Shown here piece by piece: positions 38,650 through 47,922 of a stretch of DNA of 59,318 bases. Origin of the DNA: a virus (Duplodnaviria > Caudoviricetes). The position numbers and the translations under genes were made by a program. Under the pieces are notes generated by a model that was given only the letters and a program-made list of their open reading frames with translations, had not been told where the DNA came from and did no database searches. The first letter of the stretch is position 1, and each line of letters starts with the position of its first letter. Location: the IMG/VR virus record IMGVR_UViG_3300023174_000187, positions 1-59,318 of that record; one strand, given 5' to 3'.

Positions 38650-39416
38650 CAGAAATAACAATGCCAGCGCATATCTCGTTTAGCAGTATGAATGATTGGC
38701 TTGATTGCGGTCATCGCTATTACTTGGGACGAATGACAGAGGTTGAAGATTTACCACAGATGATGTTTATTGGTGGCAAGGTTGTTCACTCAGCCAGTGA
38801 AACTTATGACCGATTCGGTGGAGACTTAGACAAAGTTTGGAACGATGAATGGACAAAGGCTCTTGACGGAGTTTTCGCAAAAGGTTTTTCGGTAGATGAC
38901 ATAAAAATCAATATCGGAAATGAAGATGTGTCATGGTGGTACGAGAACGGGCGCAAGATGCTCGACCGCCATGTCCGATTCAGCACTGAAAACTCAGTGT
39001 TGATGCTCCCCGATGGAACGCCAGCCATTGAACTCGATTTATCATGCGATGTAAATGGTGTTGAAGTCAAAATGTACGCAGACCGCCTGACGACCTCCCT
39101 TGTCAATGGCGAGGTTAGCGTTACTGACATCAAGACAGGACGGAAAAGTCCAACTAATCCGCTCCAGTTGGCGTTTTATCGGTACGGAGTAAAGAAAAAA
39201 TATGGAATTGACCTTGATTACGGTCAGTACTGGATGGTTCGCACTGGCAAAATCGTGACAAAGCCACTCGCACCATTCACCAATTCGTTGATTGAAGGTT
39301 TAGTCGCAAAGTTTGACCATGCGCGTAAGTCTTTAGCGTTTGTACCGAATGTTGGCTCTTGTACATGGTGTTCATTCAAACCCAACTGCGAGTTCGGACG
39401 CGATATGGACTTTTAG
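38646..39416 (+). CDS. PD-(D/E)xK RecB/Cas4-like exonuclease
   Basis: S.S.....DC, G..VH, E, DR, DIKTG, QLAFY, CTWC....NC. Confidence 0.85.
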   Translation: MTEITMPAHISFSSMNDWLDCGHRYYLGRMTEVEDLPQMMFIGGKVVHSASETYDRFGGDLDKVWNDEWTKALDGVFAKGFSVDDIKINIGNEDVSWWYENGRKMLDRHVRFSTENSVLMLPDGTPAIELDLSCDVNGVEVKMYADRLTTSLVNGEVSVTDIKTGRKSPTNPLQLAFYRYGVKKKYGIDLDYGQYWMVRTGKIVTKPLAPFTNSLIEGLVAKFDHARKSLAFVPNVGSCTWCSFKPNCEFGRDMDF

Positions 39417-39432
39417 GTTGTACGATTTGTAT

Positions 39433-39678
39433 ATGTCACGATTTGTTATGGTTGCTGATTCAGATACAGGTAAAATCGTTATTTGGGATGGCAAAAAGCA
39501 GATGTTCTCATGTTTATTCGGGGAACGCGCCGAAGGCGGATGGGGCATAAGCGTTGCGCAGGAAATCATGGTCATGGCAGAACAGCCTAAACCTCATAAG
39601 ATTTTGTATGCTCTCCATGATTTCTTGTGTGATGTTTCTCAAACTCAACCAGTTGAGCCGATTCCTGTCTCAGTATAA
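39433..39678 (+). CDS. Hypothetical protein, probably leaderless
   Basis: TACGAT-6nt-ATG. Confidence 0.55.
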   Translation: MSRFVMVADSDTGKIVIWDGKKQMFSCLFGERAEGGWGISVAQEIMVMAEQPKPHKILYALHDFLCDVSQTQPVEPIPVSV

Positions 39679-39754
39679 AAACTAAACCCCCAGTGTGTCG
39701 GGTTGCAAGAATTGTTCATTTGTTCTACCCTCAGTTTAGTCGAAGGAGGAAGAA

Positions 39755-39994
39755 ATGGCTCTAACCCTAATGACCCAAGCACAAGTCTTGGACAAGTATG
39801 CGACTATGCCCGTAGAACACAAGGAAGCATTGATTGAAGTAGCGTCAAATTATCTCTTTGATATGGCGAACGCAATCAAAGTTCCTTTCAAGAATGTTGA
39901 CCAGCATGACCGTATGTTCAAGGCGTTGGATTTCTTAGCGCAAGGTTGGACAATCGAAAATGCAATGTCGGCTCAATGGAAATACCTCGGTTAG
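39755..39994 (+). CDS. Hypothetical protein
   Basis: GTGTC, TTGCAA-17-TACCCT promoter, AAGGAGG RBS. Confidence 0.75.
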   Translation: MALTLMTQAQVLDKYATMPVEHKEALIEVASNYLFDMANAIKVPFKNVDQHDRMFKALDFLAQGWTIENAMSAQWKYLG

Positions 39995-40092
39995 GTGACA
40001 TAAATCACAAAAATACTTTGCCGAAATACTTCAAAACTTTTGCAATAAAGGTAATGTAGTACCTGTAACGGGGAAACCCACTAACAGGGAGG
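39994..40092 (+). promoter_or_regulatory. Early promoter cassette 7
   Basis: GGTGA-N6-TCACA; TTCAAA 40030; TAATGT; GGG-AAA-CCC hairpin; AGGGAGG. Confidence 0.7.
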
Positions 40093-40098
40093 CACAAA

Positions 40099-40443
40099 AT
40101 GACTTCAATGGCAGCAAAGCGCGGTCACAAGTTCATCACTAAAGAAATCGAAAAAGCGTTACCACCGCTTTACTCGCAAGAAAATGTCAGCGACCCAATT
40201 GTCGTCGCTAAGTGGTTCAGTCCATATTCAAATTGGCGTTGGTTCGCCATCGAGTTCGACGGCGTAGATACATTCTTCGGATTGGTTCAAGGGTTCGAGG
40301 TAGAACTCGGAAACTTCTCAAAAGCAGAAATGGAAACCGCAGTATTTCGCGGAATAGTTCCAGCGGTCGAGCGCGACCTTTCTTGGCAGCCTAAGAAATT
40401 GAGCGAAGTCCGCAAGTCCATCGAAGAACACAACTTCGCATAA
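40099..40443 (+). CDS. DUF2958-like protein
   Basis: K.F.P...W.W...E....FFGLV.G.E.ELG.FS..E...ERDL.W.P. Confidence 0.8.
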   Translation: MTSMAAKRGHKFITKEIEKALPPLYSQENVSDPIVVAKWFSPYSNWRWFAIEFDGVDTFFGLVQGFEVELGNFSKAEMETAVFRGIVPAVERDLSWQPKKLSEVRKSIEEHNFA

Positions 40444-41564
40444 TGGAGCAAATGGAAAAATTGTACGACGAGTTGACGGACGAGCATGGTAAACATCAGT
40501 TGTCGCTCAGTTGGGACACCAAGTCAATTCTCACACCAGCAGGGTATAAAAAAATTATTGACCCTGACAAAGATTGTTTTGAGTATGACGGCTACCGAAT
40601 TTGGTGGTATCACGCCGAGAACCTCAAACACCCCGACACCCCAGTAGTGGTCATCTCTTGGACAAGCAATTACCGCGAAGATGATTGGGACACGAACGAA
40701 GAAGAAGTTGATGCAACCGCCGAGGACATCGCTGATTTCTTGAAGAACTTAGAAGGTGGCTATGAACCCGATAATGGGTTGCCTGACCGACTGGAGGAGA
40801 TAGGGTGAGTGTTTCTATCTCTTATGACTCAGGTTGGCGCACAGCCCGTTTCAGCCGTCATTTGCAGGTGGTCTTTGACAATCAAGTTTGGGATGTCACG
40901 GTCTATGTAGGAGGTCTTGGTATCCCTGACGGAGCAGATGTTTTCTTAGATGGCAATATGGTCATGGTCATCCCTGCGGAGATATTGGATTTCATCGCAG
41001 AACAACAAGAAATGAAGCCAAAGTTTGAAGAACCAAAGTCGCGCAAGTCAGACCCAGTTACCTCTCGCCTAGCAGCAGATGGTATGAAAATGCGGGTCAA
41101 CTCAACAAGGCACAAGTTGTTGATGGCGCACTACTCCGACCGTAATGGTCTAACAGACGAGGAGGCAGCGGTTCATGCTTGCCTTCCCCTAACATCAGAA
41201 TATGCCACACGCTGTTCCGAGTTGGAACGAGCAGGGCTAATAGCCAGTATGCCGACACACCGTACAGGCTCATCAGGTCAACTCCGAGTTGTGAGGCGTA
41301 TCACACAATTAGGCGTAATTTCAGCAGAAAATATTTGCAAACAAGCGTAAGGGAGATAAGATGGACAAAATATTCAAAATAAAGGTGTACGAAGATGGTC
41401 AGGAGGTGCATGAACACAAGTACAATAATCTTGGGCAAGCCATTGAAGATTATGCGCGGTATAGAGACCGCGGAATGGCTAAACAGGAAAGGTTAGTTGC
41501 CCTTATCAGTCCGAATGGCGAAGTAGTCGTCAAAAAGTCCCTAAGGAATCTCCACTCAATCTAA
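40443..41564 (+). CDS. Three genes: 40443-40808 acidic, 40805-41350 wHTH, 41361-41564 unknown
   Basis: RKSDP.TS..AA...GLTDEE...RCSELERAGLI in the second gene. Confidence 0.65.
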
Positions 41565-41601
41565 AGTTGAGTGAGCCGAGGTTTCCCCCAAAGGAGGAAT
41601 A

Positions 41602-42063
41602 ATGAAACTCACAAAACGCGGAAAAATAGTAAGAAATGTAATAGCAGCAATAGTTGGTTTACTTGTATGGGATGCAGCAACATCATTTGCAGCAGACACC
41701 CCAACCCCCGTTGTAGAAACGGCAACAGTTACAGAAATATCATTCCCGCTAGAAGCATGGACTCCAGCCGTAGCAAAGATTTATAGTCAATTCGCTATGG
41801 ACGAATATGGTTGGGGAGATGCGCAGTTCGCTTGTTTGAACGCGCTATGGACTAAAGAAAGTCACTGGAATTGGAAAGCCAAGTCGCCTACAAACGACTA
41901 TGGAATTCCTCAGCGCAATATGCCTGATAAAACCGAAGCAGAAATCAAGAAGTTCTTGTCCGACCCAATTGGACAGATTTCATGGGGACTCGGATATATT
42001 TCCCATCGCTATAAAAGTCCATGCAATGCAAAAGCGCACTCAGACCGAACTGGATGGTATTGA
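41602..42063 (+). CDS. Secreted lytic transglycosylase (SLT-like)
   Basis: Signal/TM; CL.ALW..ES.W, YGIPQ, Q..WGL.YI..RY..PC.A..H...GWY. Confidence 0.85.
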   Translation: MKLTKRGKIVRNVIAAIVGLLVWDAATSFAADTPTPVVETATVTEISFPLEAWTPAVAKIYSQFAMDEYGWGDAQFACLNALWTKESHWNWKAKSPTNDYGIPQRNMPDKTEAEIKKFLSDPIGQISWGLGYISHRYKSPCNAKAHSDRTGWY

Positions 42064-42185
42064 TGTCTAATCCCGAGGACAACGAAAAGTTGTACGCCCT
42101 TTTGATGAAAGAGCGTTACGGGGATGAATGGCAAAAGTCACAAAATGTTATGGACGAAAATGACGATTAGCCCTACACTTGGCGA

Positions 42186-42473
42186 GTGCCAGCACCCACC
42201 GATTACCCGTACTTTGACGGAAGCCAAATATGCGCAAGCGTTGATGGTGAATTGTGGTTCAGCGACACTCCGACAGGTAGGCGAACTGCCATCAATCTAT
42301 GCAACCAGTGTCCGTTTCAGGCAGAATGTCTTGAATACGCGCTTCATTGGAGCGTGGAAGGAATTTGGGGCGGGACAACCCCAAAGATAAGAAAAGCAAT
42401 AAGAAAAAAACGCAAAATCAGACCGAAGCCAATCGTGTTTGATTTTCCTAGCCAAAGGACTCAAAATGAGTAA
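42186..42473 (+). CDS. whiB: WhiB family transcription factor
   Basis: C...D.ELWF...C..CP....CLEYAL....GIWGGTT...R. Confidence 0.92.
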   Translation: MPAPTDYPYFDGSQICASVDGELWFSDTPTGRRTAINLCNQCPFQAECLEYALHWSVEGIWGGTTPKIRKAIRKKRKIRPKPIVFDFPSQRTQNE

Positions 42474-42864
42474 CCCAATCACAGTAGTAGGAACAGTAAC
42501 AAAAGACCCTGAACTCAAATTCATCAACAGTGGTAAGGCGATAATAAAGTTTTCGGTTGTCACAAGTAAGAAAAAGAAAAACGATGACGGTTCTTGGGAA
42601 GATACGGGAACAACATATTGGGACATTACAGCGTGGGATGTTCTCGCTGAAAATGCAGCAGATGTGCTTATGAAGGGAACGCAAGTTGTGGTTCTAGGCA
42701 CTGCCGAATCCCAAGAATGGAACGACAAGACCACGGGCGAAAAGAAAAGCAAGTTGGGCGTTACCGCTCAACACATTGCAATATCTTTGAAGAAGTCTCG
42801 CCCAAAGAATGATTCATTCCAAACTAAGCAACAAGCAGATTCGTGGGATACTGCGCCATTCTAG
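42466..42864 (+). CDS. ssb: Single-stranded DNA-binding protein
   Basis: ITVVG....DPEL.F..SG, W..LAEN, C-terminal APF. Confidence 0.92.
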   Translation: MSNPITVVGTVTKDPELKFINSGKAIIKFSVVTSKKKKNDDGSWEDTGTTYWDITAWDVLAENAADVLMKGTQVVVLGTAESQEWNDKTTGEKKSKLGVTAQHIAISLKKSRPKNDSFQTKQQADSWDTAPF

Positions 42865-42897
42865 TGAGAATGGTTCAACCTGCTCTATACTGCTTGG

Positions 42898-43068
42898 ATG
42901 GAACCCGAGTCATTTGACCAATTTGCTGGCTTGAGCATATTGCAACAAGCGTCAGCACAAATGAACGAGTTGTTTACTTCTTTGTTGGATAGTGGGTTCA
43001 ATGAGAAACAAGCGTTGTACCTTGTTTCACAAATGATGGTTCACACTTCATATGATGATGGTGAGTAG
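42898..43068 (+). CDS. Small protein, leaderless (not in ORF track)
   Basis: TATACT-6nt-ATG; ELF.SL..SGF.E.QAL.L. Confidence 0.65.
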   Translation: MEPESFDQFAGLSILQQASAQMNELFTSLLDSGFNEKQALYLVSQMMVHTSYDDGE

Positions 43069-43073
43069 GTAAA

Positions 43074-44345
43074 ATGGCAGAAGATATGAATATGCAGGAG
43101 ATTGGCTCTACTGGTCTGCGTCGTGCGGGCGGTACAGTTACAGAAGAATTTCTTCTCAATCTTCGCGGGCGACGCGGTGCTAAGACTTATCGCGAAATGT
43201 CAGACAACGACCCAGTTGTCGGTTCGATTCTTTATGCTATTGAAAAAATCATTCTTCGCCTTGAATGGCGCATTGACCCCGCTTCCGAAGATTTAGTTGA
43301 TGTTGAAGCAGCAGAATTTATTCAATCATGTATGTACGATATGTCCGATTCATGGGACTCAACAATGTCAAGTATTTTATCAATGTTGGTATTCGGATAT
43401 TCATGGCATGAAATTGTTTACAAAATTCGCGGTGGTGAATCAGATGACCCAACCAAGAAGTCAAACTTTGCAGACGGAAAAATTGGATGGCGCAAATGGG
43501 CTATCCGTGCGCAAGAAACTCATAACCAATGGGTCTTTGATGAAGATGGTGGAATCCAAGCGTTTCAACAAGTTGACCCGTGGGGTGCTGGTATGCACAC
43601 CATCCCAATTGAAAAATCTTTGTTATTTCGCACAAGCACACAGAAAAACAACCCCGAAGGTCGTTCACTTCTCCGAACCGCATACCGCCCGTGGTATTTC
43701 AAAAAGCGCATTGAAGAAATTGAAGCAATCGGCATTGAACGCGACCTTGCTGGACTTCCAGTTGCATATGTTCCGCCCGAGTATTTGTCAGCAGATGCAA
43801 CAGCGTCTCAAAAACAAGTATTGGCTTCAATTCAAGCCATCGTGCAAAATGTAAAGCGTAACGAACAAGAAGGTATCGTTTTCCCACAGGTGTATAACGA
43901 AAACGGCAACAAGATGTTTGATATGACCTTGCTATCAACAGGTGGTTCACGCCAGTTTGATACAGACAAGGTAATCAACCGCTACGACCAGCGCATTGCA
44001 ATGTCTGTGCTTTCAGACTTCATCCTTCTCGGTCATGAACGAGTAGGCTCATTTGCGCTAGGTTCGTCAAAGATTGACCTTTGGACAATGGCAGTTGACG
44101 CAATTTGTAAGTCAATCGCAGAAGTAATCAATCAACACGCAATTCCAAGATTATTGACATTGAACGGAATGAAATTGGAAAAGACACCTGAACTTATGTA
44201 CAGTGAAGTAAGCCATGTTGAACTAAGCGAAATCGCAGAATATGTATCCAAGTTGACACAGGCAGGAGCATTGAGTCCTGACGCAGCAACCGAAAAATAT
44301 CTTCGCGATTTAGCAGGTTTGCCGTCAATTGACGAAACACTGTAA
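43074..44345 (+). CDS. Portal protein (DUF935-like)
   Basis: FGYS.HE.VY, NPEGRSLLR..Y, ER...G.P, GSFALG. Confidence 0.9.
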   Translation: MAEDMNMQEIGSTGLRRAGGTVTEEFLLNLRGRRGAKTYREMSDNDPVVGSILYAIEKIILRLEWRIDPASEDLVDVEAAEFIQSCMYDMSDSWDSTMSSILSMLVFGYSWHEIVYKIRGGESDDPTKKSNFADGKIGWRKWAIRAQETHNQWVFDEDGGIQAFQQVDPWGAGMHTIPIEKSLLFRTSTQKNNPEGRSLLRTAYRPWYFKKRIEEIEAIGIERDLAGLPVAYVPPEYLSADATASQKQVLASIQAIVQNVKRNEQEGIVFPQVYNENGNKMFDMTLLSTGGSRQFDTDKVINRYDQRIAMSVLSDFILLGHERVGSFALGSSKIDLWTMAVDAICKSIAEVINQHAIPRLLTLNGMKLEKTPELMYSEVSHVELSEIAEYVSKLTQAGALSPDAATEKYLRDLAGLPSIDETL

Positions 44346-45937
44346 TGCCTTATGTATTCCAAAAAGCCAATGACCCCTTTGCGGATAATGCGGGGCTAAC
44401 GGCAAACGAGCGTAGGTTGCTTCAAACTTATATTGATGGTTTGAAGAAATTGAATATAGCGACAAATGACCCAAAGGTTATGGCTCGTATCATGGAACAG
44501 GTAAAAGCGGGCAATCCTCTTTCCGCTGCAAACTTAGTGCCGTGGGAATCATTCACTCAGTCACTTGATGCAACTATTCCGCTTGTAGGCGCACAAATGG
44601 CAATCTCGGCTAACTTAGCAATCACACAGTTGCCAAAATACATTGATTTCAAAATGAAGTTTGATTTGACCGACCCACGGGCAATTGCTTATGCACAAGT
44701 GCGCTCAGGCGCAAGTATTAGACAAATCAACGAATACTCTCGACAAGCGGTTGCAAAAATTATTCAAGATGGTTTGCGCTCCAATCTTTCAATAGAAATG
44801 GTTGAAGCAAAAATTCAAAAAGTTGTTGGTCTTGATGGTCGCCAAGCAACAGCGTTGTCATCTTTTTACGACAGGACAATCAAAGAAGGAACAGCAAAAG
44901 GTTTATCTTTCAAAGATGCAGTTGCAAGAGCAGAAAAACTAGGAGACCAATACCGAGACAGACTTTGGAAACAACGCGCAGCCCGAATCGCCCGCACCGA
45001 AATTGCTACCGCAGCAAATGAAGGTCGTGCTTTAGCGTGGCAAGAAGCCTATAACGCAGGATTGATTCCTGACGGCTCAAAGAAAAGATGGGTAACTGCT
45101 GTTGATGAAAGAACTTGTCCTCAATGTTCGGAATTGAACGGTCAATTAGTTGATTGGCAAGGAATTTTTTCTATAGGTAAAGAAATGCCTCCTGCTCATG
45201 TCAATTGCCGATGTTCAGCCGTAATTGCTCCAACAGAACCTAGTGCAAAGCCAAGTTCACAAACAACCGAATATGAAGGTTACAAACTACAAGACCCAGT
45301 TGACAAGATAAGCACAAGTCGCGGACAAGTTGATAAAGTTGCTACCCAATTGCGTGATGCTTCAAAAGCAGTAGAGCCAAAAATTACAAAAGATATGATT
45401 GATTTGTCTAAGGCTAATGACGGCAAAATGATTGGTTTAGAAAACCGACTCAAAACACAAGCGTCATTGTCAGAAAAGATTAGTACTCGCGCAGGTAAAT
45501 CAAGTCTTGTTGATGCTACTGGACAAATTCATGATTCGGTTCGCTATACAATGAAGTTTGACGACAAAAACTATGTTCAAAGTACAAGTAATGTGATAAA
45601 CGAATTACGCGCTAAAGGTTATGTTGTAAATCCAAAAAACAATTGGTCAAAAGGTAATCCTTACTACGGAGTAAATGCTCAAGTTGTTACTCCAACAGGC
45701 GTAAAAATGGAGTTGCAGTTTCACACCAATTCATCTTTGTCGTTGAAAGCAAAGACGCACCCAATTTACGAAGAATTGCGAATCAGTAAAGACCCTGTAA
45801 TTCAAACCGCACTTCATAAAGATATGTTGGCTTTGGCTCAAAATGTAAAGTTCCCCGCAGGAGACATCAATTTATTGGGAACGCCAATACAAGCAGAAAT
45901 TGGTAAAAGTTTAGTAATGATAGGATTTCGTAAATGA
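44345..45937 (+). CDS. MuF head morphogenesis protein with C-terminal RelA/SpoT-like domain
   Basis: RIARTE, DERTCP.C, PPAHVNCRC; then RLKT..SL..KI, DSVRYT, KN.W...PY.GVN, ELQFHT. Confidence 0.85.
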   Translation: MPYVFQKANDPFADNAGLTANERRLLQTYIDGLKKLNIATNDPKVMARIMEQVKAGNPLSAANLVPWESFTQSLDATIPLVGAQMAISANLAITQLPKYIDFKMKFDLTDPRAIAYAQVRSGASIRQINEYSRQAVAKIIQDGLRSNLSIEMVEAKIQKVVGLDGRQATALSSFYDRTIKEGTAKGLSFKDAVARAEKLGDQYRDRLWKQRAARIARTEIATAANEGRALAWQEAYNAGLIPDGSKKRWVTAVDERTCPQCSELNGQLVDWQGIFSIGKEMPPAHVNCRCSAVIAPTEPSAKPSSQTTEYEGYKLQDPVDKISTSRGQVDKVATQLRDASKAVEPKITKDMIDLSKANDGKMIGLENRLKTQASLSEKISTRAGKSSLVDATGQIHDSVRYTMKFDDKNYVQSTSNVINELRAKGYVVNPKNNWSKGNPYYGVNAQVVTPTGVKMELQFHTNSSLSLKAKTHPIYEELRISKDPVIQTALHKDMLALAQNVKFPAGDINLLGTPIQAEIGKSLVMIGFRK

Positions 45938-46170
45938 TTCGTTATTTTGCCGAGGCTAAAATTGATAACACAATTTACGCCATATACAGGTACAGGTATC
46001 AAAAAGAATTGATTTATGAAGAAGCATGGAATCCCAACGCTAATGCTTGGCAAAAAACAACAGATTTGACGGGCTTGTTTGTAGGAGGCGACAGTTCTTT
46101 GATGGAAGTTAGTCAATCAGATGCCCAAAATGCGTTTCCGAACGCTTTTACAGTCAACCGTAAGGGATAA
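45934..46170 (+). CDS. Candidate immunity protein for the MuF toxin
   Basis: ATGA-coupled 78 aa; W...W.....G......EVS..DA. Confidence 0.6.
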   Translation: MIRYFAEAKIDNTIYAIYRYRYQKELIYEEAWNPNANAWQKTTDLTGLFVGGDSSLMEVSQSDAQNAFPNAFTVNRKG

Positions 46171-46177
46171 TGGAAAG

Positions 46178-47362
46178 ATGTCATACAAAATCAAAATGGA
46201 TGTTCCTGATGCCATCGAAAAGGCTACTGCAACAGAACTTGAACACCTCCATGCAAAGTTTCACGAAAAGTATGACTCCCCTTCATCCGATGTAGTTATC
46301 GAAAGTCACCATTGGCTCACACAAGGGCTTACTAAAATGGGTATTCGTTTACCCTCTGAACCCGATTGGGAAGCCGCTATAGTCGCGTCACAGTGGGAAA
46401 TAGAAGTAAACGGACTCGACCTCAAAGAAATGGGTTTGACATCCGACCCAATGGTCGCGGACTTAGTTGAAAAGCACCAAGATTTCATTCTTAGCGAAGT
46501 TGTTAGCAATAAGTCGCGGAAACTTGTTATCAAAATTGCGGAAAGCGAAACCTTCACCCCGCCAGCGGGAGTAATCGCGGAAGGCAAGCGGGCTTTAGAA
46601 TGGATAAAAGAAGGTCACGCAGGAGACGGATTTACAGGTGTTGGTCGCGCTCGCGCAGCACAGTTAGCAGGGGGCAAAGCGGTCTCTTTGACTACCTTGC
46701 GACGCATGAATTCATATTTCATCCGTCACGATAAAGATTCAGAAGGACAAGGTTACAAGCCCGACCAAAAGGGTTACCCAAGTCCAGGTCGCGTCGCTTG
46801 GGCAGCGTGGGGTGGAGATGCAGGTAAGTCATGGGCGGAATCAATCGTAAGTCGTGCGGATAACGCAGAAAAGTCAGCGGACTTTGATGTAATCAAACAA
46901 GTTGACGAGCGCAGATTTACTTTAGGTCCAATGTATATCCCTGACCGCCTAGATGCTCATGGTGAATGGACGGATGCTAACGAACTCCAACAAGCAGTTT
47001 GGGATTATGTAAAATCAGGAGACCGCCGTATTCGACTTCAACACAACAAAGATGTAGTTGCGGGTGAGTGGGTAGAAGTTATGACCTTCCCCTATCCACT
47101 CACAGTTCCCATGACAAAAGCAGATGGTTCAGCAGAACAAGTTACATATCCTCCGAATACCGTGTTCCTCGGAGTCCAGTGGGATGATTGGGCTTGGGAG
47201 ATGGTCAAGGCTGGAAAACTTCGCGGTTACTCCATCGGAGGAAAGGCTTCACGCTTAGAAGCAGACATTCCTCAACTTGAAGAAAAAGCCGATGGTCCAA
47301 CGGTTTCAGATGTTCATGTTGATACAATCATGGGCGGTAAACCGAGACGAAGGAAAAACTAA
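46178..47362 (+). CDS. Multidomain protein with C-terminal XkdF-like prohead serine protease
   Basis: D.HGE, LQH, W..VK.G.LRGYSIGG; middle domain G..RA.QL...R..S...RH..AW..WGG. Confidence 0.8.
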   Translation: MSYKIKMDVPDAIEKATATELEHLHAKFHEKYDSPSSDVVIESHHWLTQGLTKMGIRLPSEPDWEAAIVASQWEIEVNGLDLKEMGLTSDPMVADLVEKHQDFILSEVVSNKSRKLVIKIAESETFTPPAGVIAEGKRALEWIKEGHAGDGFTGVGRARAAQLAGGKAVSLTTLRRMNSYFIRHDKDSEGQGYKPDQKGYPSPGRVAWAAWGGDAGKSWAESIVSRADNAEKSADFDVIKQVDERRFTLGPMYIPDRLDAHGEWTDANELQQAVWDYVKSGDRRIRLQHNKDVVAGEWVEVMTFPYPLTVPMTKADGSAEQVTYPPNTVFLGVQWDDWAWEMVKAGKLRGYSIGGKASRLEADIPQLEEKADGPTVSDVHVDTIMGGKPRRRKN

Positions 47363-47922
47363 TGGCATTTGTTATGAAGAACCAATCAAAAGTTGTAAAA
47401 TCAAATGCTCCTGTTGAAAAGGTTGACCCGTTGATGGATTTTTACTACATTGACGAAGCAGACAACGAGGAAACAACCGTTGATTTGAACTCAGCGTTGC
47501 GCGAGTTGTTAGCAAATAACTTTTCTGTTTACCTACGCGCCCACGGTTATCACTGGAATGTAAAAGGAATCCACTTCGCTGCATATCATGAATTTTTCGG
47601 TGAGATTTACGAAGATTTGTATTCAGCCATTGACCCAACAGCAGAATGGTTGCGCAAGTTAGGTTACGACGCTCCATACACAATGGAGGAGTTCTTGGTT
47701 GACCGCAACATCAAAGATGCGTCTAAGCAGGTTGCACTATCAATGATGATTCAATCTTTGCTCCAAGCGATTGAGGCTCTTGAAGAATCCACAGAACATT
47801 GTTTAGAAATTGCGACAGCAGAAGATGAACAAGGGCTAATAAACTTTTTGAGCGAGCGTATCGGTATGCTCGAAAAATGGGAATGGCAATTGAATACTTC
47901 CGTAAACGAAGGATTCATCTAG
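47362..47922 (+). CDS. dps: Dps/ferritin-like protein
   Basis: HGYHWNVKG..F...HEFF.E.Y, D..AE..R.LG, EK..W.L. Confidence 0.85.
   Translation: MAFVMKNQSKVVKSNAPVEKVDPLMDFYYIDEADNEETTVDLNSALRELLANNFSVYLRAHGYHWNVKGIHFAAYHEFFGEIYEDLYSAIDPTAEWLRKLGYDAPYTMEEFLVDRNIKDASKQVALSMMIQSLLQAIEALEESTEHCLEIATAEDEQGLINFLSERIGMLEKWEWQLNTSVNEGFI

Noticed and set aside
38646-39416. Cas4-like nuclease as evidence of CRISPR-Cas
   Set aside because: Solo RecB-type exonucleases are routine in actinophages; no array or cas1/cas2
28368-40092. Repeats as a CRISPR array or integron attC sites
   Set aside because: Units are 0.7-3 kb apart, contain -35/-10/RBS, and no cas genes or integrase are present
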